Shown here one piece after another: positions 1 to 9,342 of a DNA stretch of 64,000 nt; the stretch's first letter is position 1, and each line of letters starts with the position of its first letter. Position numbers and translations under genes: made by a program. The notes beneath the pieces are model-generated. The model was not told the DNA's origin and did no database searches. It saw nothing but the letters and a program-made list of their open reading frames with translations. Origin of the DNA: Desulfosudis oleivorans. GTDB taxonomy: Bacteria; Desulfobacterota; Desulfobacteria; Desulfobacterales; SURF-7. The stretch covers positions 2,650 through 66,649 of the forward strand of contig DYJC01000016.1 of assembly GCA_020723305.1 (NCBI GenBank). Reading direction: 5' to 3'.

Positions 1-280
1 GATTATCACTCGCGGAAACGGCATTACAGCACCTCAGGAGTACTTTCCAATTGACAAAAAAGCCACTCCGATGTTAACACTGTTTATGTTTAAAAATATT
101 GATAATAGTTGTCAATGATGAATACCCCATATAGGAATTATTTTTTTCCAATCACCCTTATTGCACTAACTTCCTTTTTCTTTTCCTGTGGAGATTGTGG
201 CGGAGATACCTCCTGCACACCTAATTCTGTCGGAACGCAATATATACATTCAAATTGCTATGCAGCACCCGGCTAACAAT

Positions 281-2653
281 ATGAAACAAATTGCAATGTC
301 TTTTAAGCGACTTTTTCGATTTCAGAATGGGATATTTTTGTTTCTTATTGTAATTATATTGTTTTCATATTCACAAGTTCTGAATTTCGACTATGTGAAT
401 TTAGATGATGATGTAAATGTATATGAGAATAAAAATATTCAATCCGGGTTCACACTTGAGAGTATCAAATGGGCTTTCACCTCATCCTATTGGGGTACAT
501 GGCAGCCAATGGTCTGGCTATCCTTTATGCTCAATTATCAGCTCCATGGAGAATCCCCCGGATGGTTTCATCTGACAAATGTTCTTCTTCATTTTTTCAA
601 TACACTGCTTTTATATTTTATCTTGAAACGGATGACTGGCTTTCATTATCGAAGTGCTTTTATTGCCTGTATATTCGCAATTCACCCAATCCACGTAGAA
701 TCTGTAGCCTGGATAACGGAAAGAAAAGATGTCCTGAGTACTTTCTGGGGGATGCTGTCGATATGGTATTATATCCGATATACGGAAAACAGGAAAATTC
801 TTCATTATATTCCGGTTTTCCTTTTTATGGGTTTTAGCCTCATGGCCAAGCCCATGTTGGTGACCTTGCCATTTGTGCTTCTATTGTTCGACTATTGGCC
901 GCTGAAACGAATGGAGTTAATGGAACTCCATGAAAAAAATCATAATACCGGTTATTTGCCGGCTGTCGGTTCTTTGTTTTCAACGACCGCAAGACGTTTG
1001 CCATTTTTAATTCTCGAAAAAATCCCTCTGTTTTTTTTGTCCGTACTATCATGCATCATAACTGTTTATGTCCAAAAGGAAGGGGGGGCAATAAAGTCCT
1101 TATCCTATTTCCCTGTCACTGTCCGAATTTCAAATGCCCTGGTATCTTATGTCGCATACTTGCAAAAATTTATTTGGCCCTTTGATCTTATGGTGTTTTA
1201 TCCTCATCCCGGTAAAATAATAATTGGAAAAACAATAGTCGCTATAGTGTTGCTTGTAAGTTTTACTCTTTTTGTTCTTCGGAAAAGTAAGGACGCTCCA
1301 TGGCTTTTTGTCGGGTGGTTTTTTTTTACAGGAACATTATTGCCTGTAATCGGAATCGTACAGTTGGGCGGTCATGCCATGGCAGATCGGTTCGTATATT
1401 TCCCGTCTATCGGTGTATATATAATAATAGCGTGGGGAGTATCTTCTCTAACCGGACAATCGAATGGAAATATAAAGTCTTTTTTAGCAGCTTTGACAGC
1501 TTGCTTTTTACTCATTCTGGCAATGGCTTCCTGGAAACAAGTGGGCTATTGGAGAGACAGTGAGATGCTTTTCAAGCATGCATTAAGTGTGTCGGATGAT
1601 AATTACATAGCAAATAACAACTATGGTATCGTTCTGAGAAATAGAGGCAAAACCGATGACGCAATAAAGCATTTCAAAAAAGCGATTACAAACAAAGGAA
1701 ATAATGTAATTGCGATGAACAATTTAGGCGTAGCCCTCGAAAGTATCGGGAAGCCTGATCCGGCAATTTTTTATTACCAGGCGGCAATTCAAATCAACCC
1801 CAATTATGCTGATCCGTATGTCAATCTCGCTTTTATTCTGCTTCACAAAGGGCAATATGAGGACGCATTGGAATTGTGCAATAAGGCATTGAATATTAAA
1901 CCGGAATTAGAAAGTGCGTATTCGCTGTTAGGGGATATTGCTGCCGCAAAAGGTGATTTACAACAAGCAATTTTTTTTTATAACAAAGCAATAGAAATGA
2001 ATCCAAGTTCTCACTTTGCACATAATCGAATAGGCGCAGCTTTACTTAAGCAAGATAGATTTAAAAAGGCGATTACTCATTTCAGAGAAGCGCTTAGATA
2101 CAGCCCTCATGATTGTAACTATCAAAAAAATTTGGAAGCAGCTATTGAACTGAGAAAGAAGGTTATCGATCTGATCAATAATCTTCACCTTGCAATGAAT
2201 CGAGAACCGGATAATTTGCACCTGAGAATCAAGCTGGGGAAGATGTATAAAAAAAACGAACAATACAGCGAAGCTATTGCGCTTTTCCAGCAAATCCTCT
2301 ATGAAAAACCGGATGCTGCTGCCGTGTTGCTGGAAATGGCATTGATTCATATGGAAGAAGAAGATAATGACATGGCAATACAATATTTTATGAAACTTAG
2401 CGCACTGGATCCGGGGAATAAGGTGTATCTATATAATATCGCCTGTTTATACGCCAGGCAGGATATGACCCACAATGCAATGGAATGGCTGCAAAAAGCG
2501 GTTGATGCCGGTTACCAAAATCGAGATCAAATTATGAATGATCCGGATTTGTCGGTATTGAAAAATACGAATGATTTTAAAAAGATTTTACAGAAATTGA
2601 GTTCCCCTGGTTCGACAAACACCCCGGAAGCAAAAAAGATTTTAAAAAGGTAG
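281..2653 (+). CDS. TMTC-like GT-C glycosyltransferase (PMT_2/DUF1736-type membrane domain) with C-terminal TPR array
   Basis: ORF 188..2653 starts at GTG; ATG at 281 or 296 lies just before the first TM helix. The polytopic N-half has the first-loop acidic motif FDYVNLDDDVNVYEN, HLTNVLLHFFN and HPIHVESVAWITERKDVLS, the motif set shared with eukaryotic TMTC O-mannosyltransferases. The C-half is a run of TPRs ending in a YNIACLYARQ...AVDAGYQN cap motif. Confidence 0.8.
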   Translation: MKQIAMSFKRLFRFQNGIFLFLIVIILFSYSQVLNFDYVNLDDDVNVYENKNIQSGFTLESIKWAFTSSYWGTWQPMVWLSFMLNYQLHGESPGWFHLTNVLLHFFNTLLLYFILKRMTGFHYRSAFIACIFAIHPIHVESVAWITERKDVLSTFWGMLSIWYYIRYTENRKILHYIPVFLFMGFSLMAKPMLVTLPFVLLLFDYWPLKRMELMELHEKNHNTGYLPAVGSLFSTTARRLPFLILEKIPLFFLSVLSCIITVYVQKEGGAIKSLSYFPVTVRISNALVSYVAYLQKFIWPFDLMVFYPHPGKIIIGKTIVAIVLLVSFTLFVLRKSKDAPWLFVGWFFFTGTLLPVIGIVQLGGHAMADRFVYFPSIGVYIIIAWGVSSLTGQSNGNIKSFLAALTACFLLILAMASWKQVGYWRDSEMLFKHALSVSDDNYIANNNYGIVLRNRGKTDDAIKHFKKAITNKGNNVIAMNNLGVALESIGKPDPAIFYYQAAIQINPNYADPYVNLAFILLHKGQYEDALELCNKALNIKPELESAYSLLGDIAAAKGDLQQAIFFYNKAIEMNPSSHFAHNRIGAALLKQDRFKKAITHFREALRYSPHDCNYQKNLEAAIELRKKVIDLINNLHLAMNREPDNLHLRIKLGKMYKKNEQYSEAIALFQQILYEKPDAAAVLLEMALIHMEEEDNDMAIQYFMKLSALDPGNKVYLYNIACLYARQDMTHNAMEWLQKAVDAGYQNRDQIMNDPDLSVLKNTNDFKKILQKLSSPGSTNTPEAKKILKR

Positions 2654-2661
2654 ATGGTTAT

Positions 2662-4098
2662 ATGGATTCCGCCCGACTGCTTTATCAAAATAAAAGAAGT
2701 ACTCATTGGGATAATGTGTCATCCCAAAAAGAAAAATCAGATAGGATCGGTGCGTATTATCAGAAATTACTGCAAGCATATTACAGGTTCCTTATTCCAT
2801 CCGGGATGCGGGTCCTTGAATTGGGAAGCGGTATTGGAGAACTGCTGAATGCAGTTGAGCCTTCTTATGGCGTTGGGGTAGATTTTTCGGGTGAGATGAT
2901 CAAAAAAGCAGGTGCAAAATATCCACACTTGAAGTTTATTCAGGCCGATGCACAGGAATTGCAGATTAATGAAAAATTTGATTTCATTGTTCTGTCCGAC
3001 CTTGTAAACGATCTTTGGGATGTACAAACGGTGTTCAATAAAATAAGAGCACTCGTTCACCCGGGTTCGCGACTTGTTTTGAATTTGTATAACAATTTAT
3101 GGCGAATTCCATTAGGGATCGTAAAACACTTGCATCTTGGGTTTGATGTGTTGGAACAGAATTGGTTCTCACCACACGATGTTACAAATCTATTGGAATT
3201 ATCGGGGTTTGAAATCGTGGGCCGAAATCCCAAAATTTTATTTCCACTGGATGTCCCATTTATAGCAGGGGTAATGAACAAGGCGGTTGTTAATTTTATA
3301 CCATTCCAATGGTTGGCGTTAACCAATTTTATCGTTGCCAAGCCCAAATTAACAGCAGAGGAGATTAGAACGAGGCAGAACCCGGTGGTTTCCGTAGTGG
3401 TCGCTGCCCGTAATGAAGCCGGAAATATTGAAAATATCTTTAAACGTATTCCCCAAATGGGAAAGTCGACGGAAATAATTTTTGTTGAAGGCGGCTCATC
3501 TGATAATACCTTCGGGATAATAGAACAAAAGATAAGTGAATTTCCAGATATCAAATGTAAGCTGTTTAAGCAGCCGGGAAAAGGAAAGGGTGATGCGGTT
3601 CGCCTTGGGTTTGAAAAGGCCGGTGGTGATGTTCTGATGATTCTTGATGCGGATTTAACAGTTCCACCGGAAGATTTGCTACGTTTTTTGGATGCGCTTG
3701 TATCAGGGCAAGGCGAATTTATTAATGGTGTCCGATTGGTTTATCCCATGGAGGGTGAAGCGATGCGGTTTTTCAATATTCTCGGCAACAAGTTTTTCAG
3801 TCTGGCTTTTTCATGGTTACTGGGGCAACCAATCAAAGATACCTTATGTGGGACAAAAGTTTTATATAAGAAAGACTATGCGTCAATAGCAAACAATAGG
3901 AAGTACTTTGGAGATTTTGATCCGTTTGGAGATTTTGATCTTATATTTGGAGCTTCAAAATTGCAACTGAAGTTCAAGGAAATACCAATTCGATATCGTG
4001 AACGGGTTTATGGGGATACCAATATCAGCCGATGGCGCCACGGCTGGTTGTTACTGAAAATGGTATTGTTTGCAGCAAAAAGAATTAAATTTATATGA
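2662..4098 (+). CDS. Fusion of class I SAM methyltransferase and family-2 glycosyltransferase (polyprenyl-phosphate sugar synthase-like)
   Basis: 478-aa ORF starting 9 nt after the upstream stop. The N-half has SAM motif VLELGSGIGELL. The C-half has GT2 motifs VSVVVAARNEAGNIE, EIIFVEGGSSDNT and MILDADLTVPPEDL (DxD), resembling DPM1/GtrB-type enzymes. Confidence 0.75.
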   Translation: MDSARLLYQNKRSTHWDNVSSQKEKSDRIGAYYQKLLQAYYRFLIPSGMRVLELGSGIGELLNAVEPSYGVGVDFSGEMIKKAGAKYPHLKFIQADAQELQINEKFDFIVLSDLVNDLWDVQTVFNKIRALVHPGSRLVLNLYNNLWRIPLGIVKHLHLGFDVLEQNWFSPHDVTNLLELSGFEIVGRNPKILFPLDVPFIAGVMNKAVVNFIPFQWLALTNFIVAKPKLTAEEIRTRQNPVVSVVVAARNEAGNIENIFKRIPQMGKSTEIIFVEGGSSDNTFGIIEQKISEFPDIKCKLFKQPGKGKGDAVRLGFEKAGGDVLMILDADLTVPPEDLLRFLDALVSGQGEFINGVRLVYPMEGEAMRFFNILGNKFFSLAFSWLLGQPIKDTLCGTKVLYKKDYASIANNRKYFGDFDPFGDFDLIFGASKLQLKFKEIPIRYRERVYGDTNISRWRHGWLLLKMVLFAAKRIKFI

Positions 4099-4164
4099 AG
4101 TGTAAGGATGGGCACCAAATCTAAATAAAAATAATATTTTAAATGGATTCAAAGTATTGTTGTT

Positions 4165-6777
4165 ATGTTGAAGTTGAAGTCTCAATCGAATGAAAACAAT
4201 TCAGGCTATAAGATTTATATTGTTTTGTTTATATGCTTGTCTGTTATTGCTGTGTATGCGCAAGTTTTCAATCATGATTTTATCAATTTCGACGATAATG
4301 AATATGTATACGATAATAAATATGTCATCAACGGTATAACTACAGATGCTTTGTCAAGAGTATTCCGTTTTTCAACAAATGGTGAGCGAAATTATTATCA
4401 TCCGTTAACCACACTTTCGCACATGTTGGACTGCCGGCTTTTCGGCCTGTCTCCTGGCCGGCATCATCTAACGAACCTTCTATTGCATCTGTTAAATGTA
4501 ATTTTACTGTTTATTGTTCTATTTTCCCTTACAAGGAAAATATGGCAAAGTGCTTTTGTGGTTGCACTTTTCGCATTGCACCCTTTAAACGTAGAGTCAA
4601 TTGCTTGGGTTGCAGAAAGAAAAAATCTTTTAAGTACCTTTTTTTGGTTTCTTACACTATTGTTATACATTCGTTATGTGAGAAAACCTTCTGTGAAATG
4701 GTTTATAGCCGTATTTTTCTCCATGTTGCTGGGGCTTTTTGCAAAACCAACTCTGATTACTTTACCATTTGTACTTATGTTGCTTGATTTTTGGCCATTA
4801 GGAAGGATAACATATCGAGACTCTGGTTTCTCATTATCTCAGAATTATCATCTCATTGCTGAAAAGATCCCATTGCTTTTTCTTTCGGTTGCTTGGACGT
4901 ATTTATCAATCCATTCTAACCAGCGTCTTGGAATAATGGTATCAGATATTACAGTCTCTATGGATCTTCGCATTGCGAATGCGCTAATTTCTTATGTGAA
5001 ATATATAGGAAAAATGCTTTGGCCATTTAATCTGGCCATATTCTATCCATATCCTACTCAGATGCCGCCTGTTTGGCAGATCACTGTAGCGTCTTTGGTT
5101 TTAAGCAGTGCTACAATCTATGTTGTAAAAAAATGGAAAATATTTCCATGGTTGTTGGTTGGATGGTTTTGGTATCTTGGAACGTTATTCCCTATGATTG
5201 GAATTGCACAAAACGGACTTTGGCCGGAAATGGCTGACCGATGGGCTTATATTCCTTCAATAGGAATTTACATAATGATTGCTTGGGGGGTATCAACTAT
5301 CTTTCGTTCCAGCAAGATAGTTGCGAGAGCAATACCTGTTTTCGCATGTGTTTTTTTTATTGTTATTAGTGTGATATCCTATGTCCAAACAAGTTTTTGG
5401 AAGAATAGTATCACGCTGTTTGAACACGTTATTAAAGCTACGAAAAATAATGTTATAGCTTATAACAACCTGGCTAACGCATTAATAATTAAAAAAGAAA
5501 GTGATCTCAGGGTTCCAATGGCGTACTTACAAAAAGCAATTGAATTGGACCCATCATTTACAAATTCGTACAGCAATTATGCTCTCTGCTTGTATAAACA
5601 ACAGCAATATAAGGAGGCAATATCATACTTTTTAAAAGTAATAGACATCAAAGAAAACGATGCTAACCTACATTGCCTGCTGGGGATGTCACTGCTTGAA
5701 CTGAATAATATTCCGCAAGCAATTTATCATATCACAAAAGCAAAACAGTTGAATCCTGATTCTTTTGAAATATTAATCAATTCGGCAATTGCGTATGAAA
5801 AAGCGGGGAAATTAATCGATGCAATTGGAATGTATAAGGAGGCGTTACAGTTTAAACCTCTTTCTCAGGAGATATACACTCACCTTGGACGTTCCTTGAA
5901 GGGCCTTGGGAGATATAAAGATGCTCTGGATTATACAAAACAGGCTCTTGCTATCAACCCTGAATATGCGGAGGCCCATAACACCATAGGAAATATATAT
6001 CAATCAATGGGGCAGGAAGAACTTGCCATAACTCATTTCAAGAAAGCGATTCAATTTAAACCCGATCTTTCAGAAGCATATAATAATTATGGAGCGATAC
6101 TGCTTAAGAAAAGACATTTGGATGAAGCGATATCCCACTTTGAAATAGCATTACAGAAAGATCCTAACCTTGTAGTAGTTCAAAAAAATTTGGGAGATGC
6201 TTATTTTCTTAAAGGAAATTTTGCGAAAGCGATTTCTTGCTATCAAAACGTATTGCAGAAAAAACCCAATCTGTCCAATACGCAGCAGCTAATTAATGAA
6301 GCTTATCGTTTAAAGGAACAGATGGAAATACAGATCCAGGATTTAGAGAAGAAGTTGCGTGGGACTGCAGACGATGATAAAATTTATTTTGAATTAGGAC
6401 AACTTTTCAGGCAAGCAGGTAGGTCGGAAGAAGCACTGCATCATTTCAGAAAGGCAATGGATTTGAATCCTGGTTTGGTGCAGGCTTTAAATTCAATTAT
6501 TTTTATCCTCACTGAAAAGGGCGATTATCAGGAGGCAATCGATGTATATAAAGGGTATTTGAAAATGTACCCCCGAAAGGTAAATATATACTACAATATA
6601 GCATGTTTATATGCACGGGAAAATAAAATTGCCGAATCGGTTCAATGGTTACATCAAGCGATTGATCAAGGATATAGTAATTGGGAACTTATAAGAACTG
6701 ATCGGGATATGGAAATTGTTAGAAACAGTTCGGAATATAAAAAAATGGCCTTAAAATTTCATGAGTTGCGGAAATGA
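4165..6777 (+). CDS. TMTC-like GT-C glycosyltransferase with C-terminal TPR array (paralog)
   Basis: 870-aa ORF with NHDFINFDDNEYVYDN, HHLTNLLLHLLN and HPLNVESIAWVAERKNLLS. Long TPR array. C-terminal cap YYNIACLYAREN...AIDQGYSNWE...SSEYKKM. Confidence 0.8.
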   Translation: MLKLKSQSNENNSGYKIYIVLFICLSVIAVYAQVFNHDFINFDDNEYVYDNKYVINGITTDALSRVFRFSTNGERNYYHPLTTLSHMLDCRLFGLSPGRHHLTNLLLHLLNVILLFIVLFSLTRKIWQSAFVVALFALHPLNVESIAWVAERKNLLSTFFWFLTLLLYIRYVRKPSVKWFIAVFFSMLLGLFAKPTLITLPFVLMLLDFWPLGRITYRDSGFSLSQNYHLIAEKIPLLFLSVAWTYLSIHSNQRLGIMVSDITVSMDLRIANALISYVKYIGKMLWPFNLAIFYPYPTQMPPVWQITVASLVLSSATIYVVKKWKIFPWLLVGWFWYLGTLFPMIGIAQNGLWPEMADRWAYIPSIGIYIMIAWGVSTIFRSSKIVARAIPVFACVFFIVISVISYVQTSFWKNSITLFEHVIKATKNNVIAYNNLANALIIKKESDLRVPMAYLQKAIELDPSFTNSYSNYALCLYKQQQYKEAISYFLKVIDIKENDANLHCLLGMSLLELNNIPQAIYHITKAKQLNPDSFEILINSAIAYEKAGKLIDAIGMYKEALQFKPLSQEIYTHLGRSLKGLGRYKDALDYTKQALAINPEYAEAHNTIGNIYQSMGQEELAITHFKKAIQFKPDLSEAYNNYGAILLKKRHLDEAISHFEIALQKDPNLVVVQKNLGDAYFLKGNFAKAISCYQNVLQKKPNLSNTQQLINEAYRLKEQMEIQIQDLEKKLRGTADDDKIYFELGQLFRQAGRSEEALHHFRKAMDLNPGLVQALNSIIFILTEKGDYQEAIDVYKGYLKMYPRKVNIYYNIACLYARENKIAESVQWLHQAIDQGYSNWELIRTDRDMEIVRNSSEYKKMALKFHELRK

Positions 6778-6841
6778 TTTTTTGGGGTATGCAAGGCGTA
6801 TTCAAGAGAATAGCATTTCCCTATGTGGTTGAGATAAAAAA

Positions 6842-7621
6842 ATGTTGAACAGGCTGAAAAAAATTCTGACCCATCCCCTTATGCGGGATGTTGATCTGGA
6901 TTCACCGGAAACAGCTTCTCGCGTTTTTACCATAATTAATGAAAAAAAAAACCTAAAACAGATTTATGAAAACTGGTATTCTTTCATATTACAAGCATTA
7001 CCTGCTGATAGAAATGGATCTATACTTGAGTTAGGATCCGGCAGTGGCTTTTTGGAGAAATATATTCCGAATTTAATTACATCCGAAATACTCAACATAC
7101 AGGGAGTCCGTGTCGTATTGGATGGTCAAAGTCTGCCGTTTCAAAAAAACAGCCTTAGTGGAATTGTTATGGTGGATGTGCTTCATCATTTGCCGGATGT
7201 GAAAACGTTCTTCAGGGAAGCTGCAACCTGTGTATCGCGAGGAGGTGTTATTGTTATGATTGAGCCTTGGGTGACATGGTGGTCAAGTATTGTTTATGGT
7301 CATCTGCACCATGAACCGTTTGATGCCAAAAGCAATGAATGGACTTTCGCTAAAGGAGCGCCTCTTACACAGGCGAATTCAGCATTGCCATGGATTGTTT
7401 TTCAGCGAGATAGAGAAGTTTTTACCAGGGAGTTCGCAGAATGGCGGATACTTGACATTCAGCTCCATACCCCTTTCATCTACCTTTTATCCGGAGGGGT
7501 GACGTTGCGAAATTTTGTTCCGGGGTTTCTATTTGATTTCTGCAAGAGGTTTGAAGCATTTTTAAATCCCTGGATAGGAACGTGGGCGATGTTTGCCACG
7601 ATTGTTTTGAAACGTAACTGA
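6842..7621 (+). CDS. Class I SAM-dependent methyltransferase
   Basis: 259 aa with SAM motif I ILELGSGSGFLEKYIP and a later GIVMVDVLHHLPD motif typical of Methyltransf_11/23-type enzymes. Confidence 0.7.
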   Translation: MLNRLKKILTHPLMRDVDLDSPETASRVFTIINEKKNLKQIYENWYSFILQALPADRNGSILELGSGSGFLEKYIPNLITSEILNIQGVRVVLDGQSLPFQKNSLSGIVMVDVLHHLPDVKTFFREAATCVSRGGVIVMIEPWVTWWSSIVYGHLHHEPFDAKSNEWTFAKGAPLTQANSALPWIVFQRDREVFTREFAEWRILDIQLHTPFIYLLSGGVTLRNFVPGFLFDFCKRFEAFLNPWIGTWAMFATIVLKRN

Positions 7622-7647
7622 TCTGAAAAAATGGGGAACAGCCCAAC

Positions 7648-7676
7648 TTGACAAAAACGGTTTTATTTTTTATGGT
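7648..7676 (+). promoter_or_regulatory. Candidate sigma70-type promoter (TTGACA-N17-TATGGT)
   Basis: TTGACA at 7648-7653, a 17-nt spacer, then TATGGT at 7671-7676, about 20 nt upstream of the 7697 ORF in an otherwise non-coding gap. Pattern match only. Confidence 0.3.
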
Positions 7677-7696
7677 TTTTTACATTTTTTACGATT

Positions 7697-9274
7697 ATGA
7701 AAATAGGAGATTATCTGGTAATGGGGAATAAGAATATGAGATATTTTACTTTTCGCGTACTTTTATATAGTTTGGTGATTTGTGCAACCACTGCCGCCGG
7801 TTGGGAACCAAGTCAAGCCTCTGATAGCAACTCAGAAAGACTATTTTCCGAACAACTGATACCGGTCGGGAAAAGTACAAAAGATCATTATATTTTTAAA
7901 GATTCGATTAAATACAACAGCGATCAGTCAAAGATGACCTATGTGGCTAATAAGGATAAAAAAAGTATTGTTTCTGTTAATGGGGATGCTGGAAAGTCAT
8001 GGGATAATATTGTTTTACCAACTCCTATTTTCAGCCCTGATGGGGATAGGGTGGCTTATATCGGGATTGATGGGAAGGATGTGCATCTGGTTGTTGATGG
8101 AAAACTTGGACCACGATTTGATAAAATTTGGGAGGTTCAGTTCAGTCCGGATAGCAAGCACTTCGCTTACCTGGCATCGTTAACAGAAAATAAAAATATC
8201 GATGTGTATCTGGTTATCAATCATAGAAAAGGACGAAAACTGCTGACAATCAAGGAGATGGGATTCAGCCCTGATTCAAGACATCTTGCATATATTGCCA
8301 TGCTATCAGATGGGAAGCAGCATCTGATTGTCGACAATCAAAAGGAAGGCCCTGGATTCGACATCCTGTTTAACATTGTCTGGAGTCCGGATTCAAAACA
8401 CTTAGCATATATTGCTGGAGATAAGCAACGCTTTTACGTGGTGCAGGATGGGGAAAAAACCAGCATATCGGGCGATTTAATAGGAATGACAACTTATAGC
8501 CCGGACTCGACCCAGCTTGCTGCCGCGGTGTTTGATAAAGAAACAAAAATGTGGACGATCTATTTGAATGAAAAAAAAATTGGGTCGTTTCCCTTTGTGG
8601 AAAAATTTAAATTCAGTCCTGACTCTAAGCATTACACTTTTCAAGGCGGAGAATCAAAAAGTGATTTCTCAATAATTCATAATGGGACAGAATATGGACC
8701 GTATGAAAATTGTTCGCTTCCCGTGTTCAGTAAGGATTCATCCCGTTTTGCGTATAATGCAAAAGATGGTGATGAATGGTTTATGGTTGTGAATGGGAAG
8801 GAGCAAAAAAAGTATTCTGTCGTTTATAATCCAATTTTTAGCGATGACTCCTTGCACTTGGCTTATCGTGTAAAAACAAACGATGATATGATGCGGATTG
8901 TTTTTGATAATCAGGAATTAAAGGCATATAAAAATGTCGGCACGCCGATATTCAGTCCCAAAGAATCACGGTTAGCCTATGCCATTTATGAAAATAATAA
9001 ATGGTTCTTTAATCTGGATGGGAATGAGGGTAAACAGTATGATAGCCTTGGTATAGGTGGTTTCAGTGAGGATGGTAAAATATTTGTTTACACTGCAAAA
9101 CGAAATGACAAGTATTTTGTCGTGGTTAACGGCCAGGAAGGGGAAACCACGTTTGACGGTACACTTGCAGGTTCAGAGGTAATATTCAGTTCGCCACAAT
9201 ATTGCCATTTTTTCGTTTTTAAAAACGTTGCTGATGGAAGTGAATTATATAGACTGGATGTAAAAATAAAATAA
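7697..9274 (+). CDS. Secreted PD40/TolB-type beta-propeller repeat protein
   Basis: 525 aa with a signal-like MRYFTFRVLLYSLVICATTAAG; the start may be 7697, 7721 or 7736. About eleven ~38-40-aa repeats each begin FSPDSKH(L/F)AY and contain VV.(D/N)GKE...YD. Confidence 0.7.
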   Translation: MKIGDYLVMGNKNMRYFTFRVLLYSLVICATTAAGWEPSQASDSNSERLFSEQLIPVGKSTKDHYIFKDSIKYNSDQSKMTYVANKDKKSIVSVNGDAGKSWDNIVLPTPIFSPDGDRVAYIGIDGKDVHLVVDGKLGPRFDKIWEVQFSPDSKHFAYLASLTENKNIDVYLVINHRKGRKLLTIKEMGFSPDSRHLAYIAMLSDGKQHLIVDNQKEGPGFDILFNIVWSPDSKHLAYIAGDKQRFYVVQDGEKTSISGDLIGMTTYSPDSTQLAAAVFDKETKMWTIYLNEKKIGSFPFVEKFKFSPDSKHYTFQGGESKSDFSIIHNGTEYGPYENCSLPVFSKDSSRFAYNAKDGDEWFMVVNGKEQKKYSVVYNPIFSDDSLHLAYRVKTNDDMMRIVFDNQELKAYKNVGTPIFSPKESRLAYAIYENNKWFFNLDGNEGKQYDSLGIGGFSEDGKIFVYTAKRNDKYFVVVNGQEGETTFDGTLAGSEVIFSSPQYCHFFVFKNVADGSELYRLDVKIK

Positions 9275-9342
9275 ATTATTAATCTATATCCTATCATTTT
9301 GTTTGGGCCAATACTGCAGACGGTATATAGGCGTTAGAGATT

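Noticed and set aside
51-79. TTGACA at 51-56 as a promoter for the first TMTC-like gene
   Set aside because: No acceptable -10 hexamer lies at 16-19 nt spacing (TTAACA only), so it is too weak to report.
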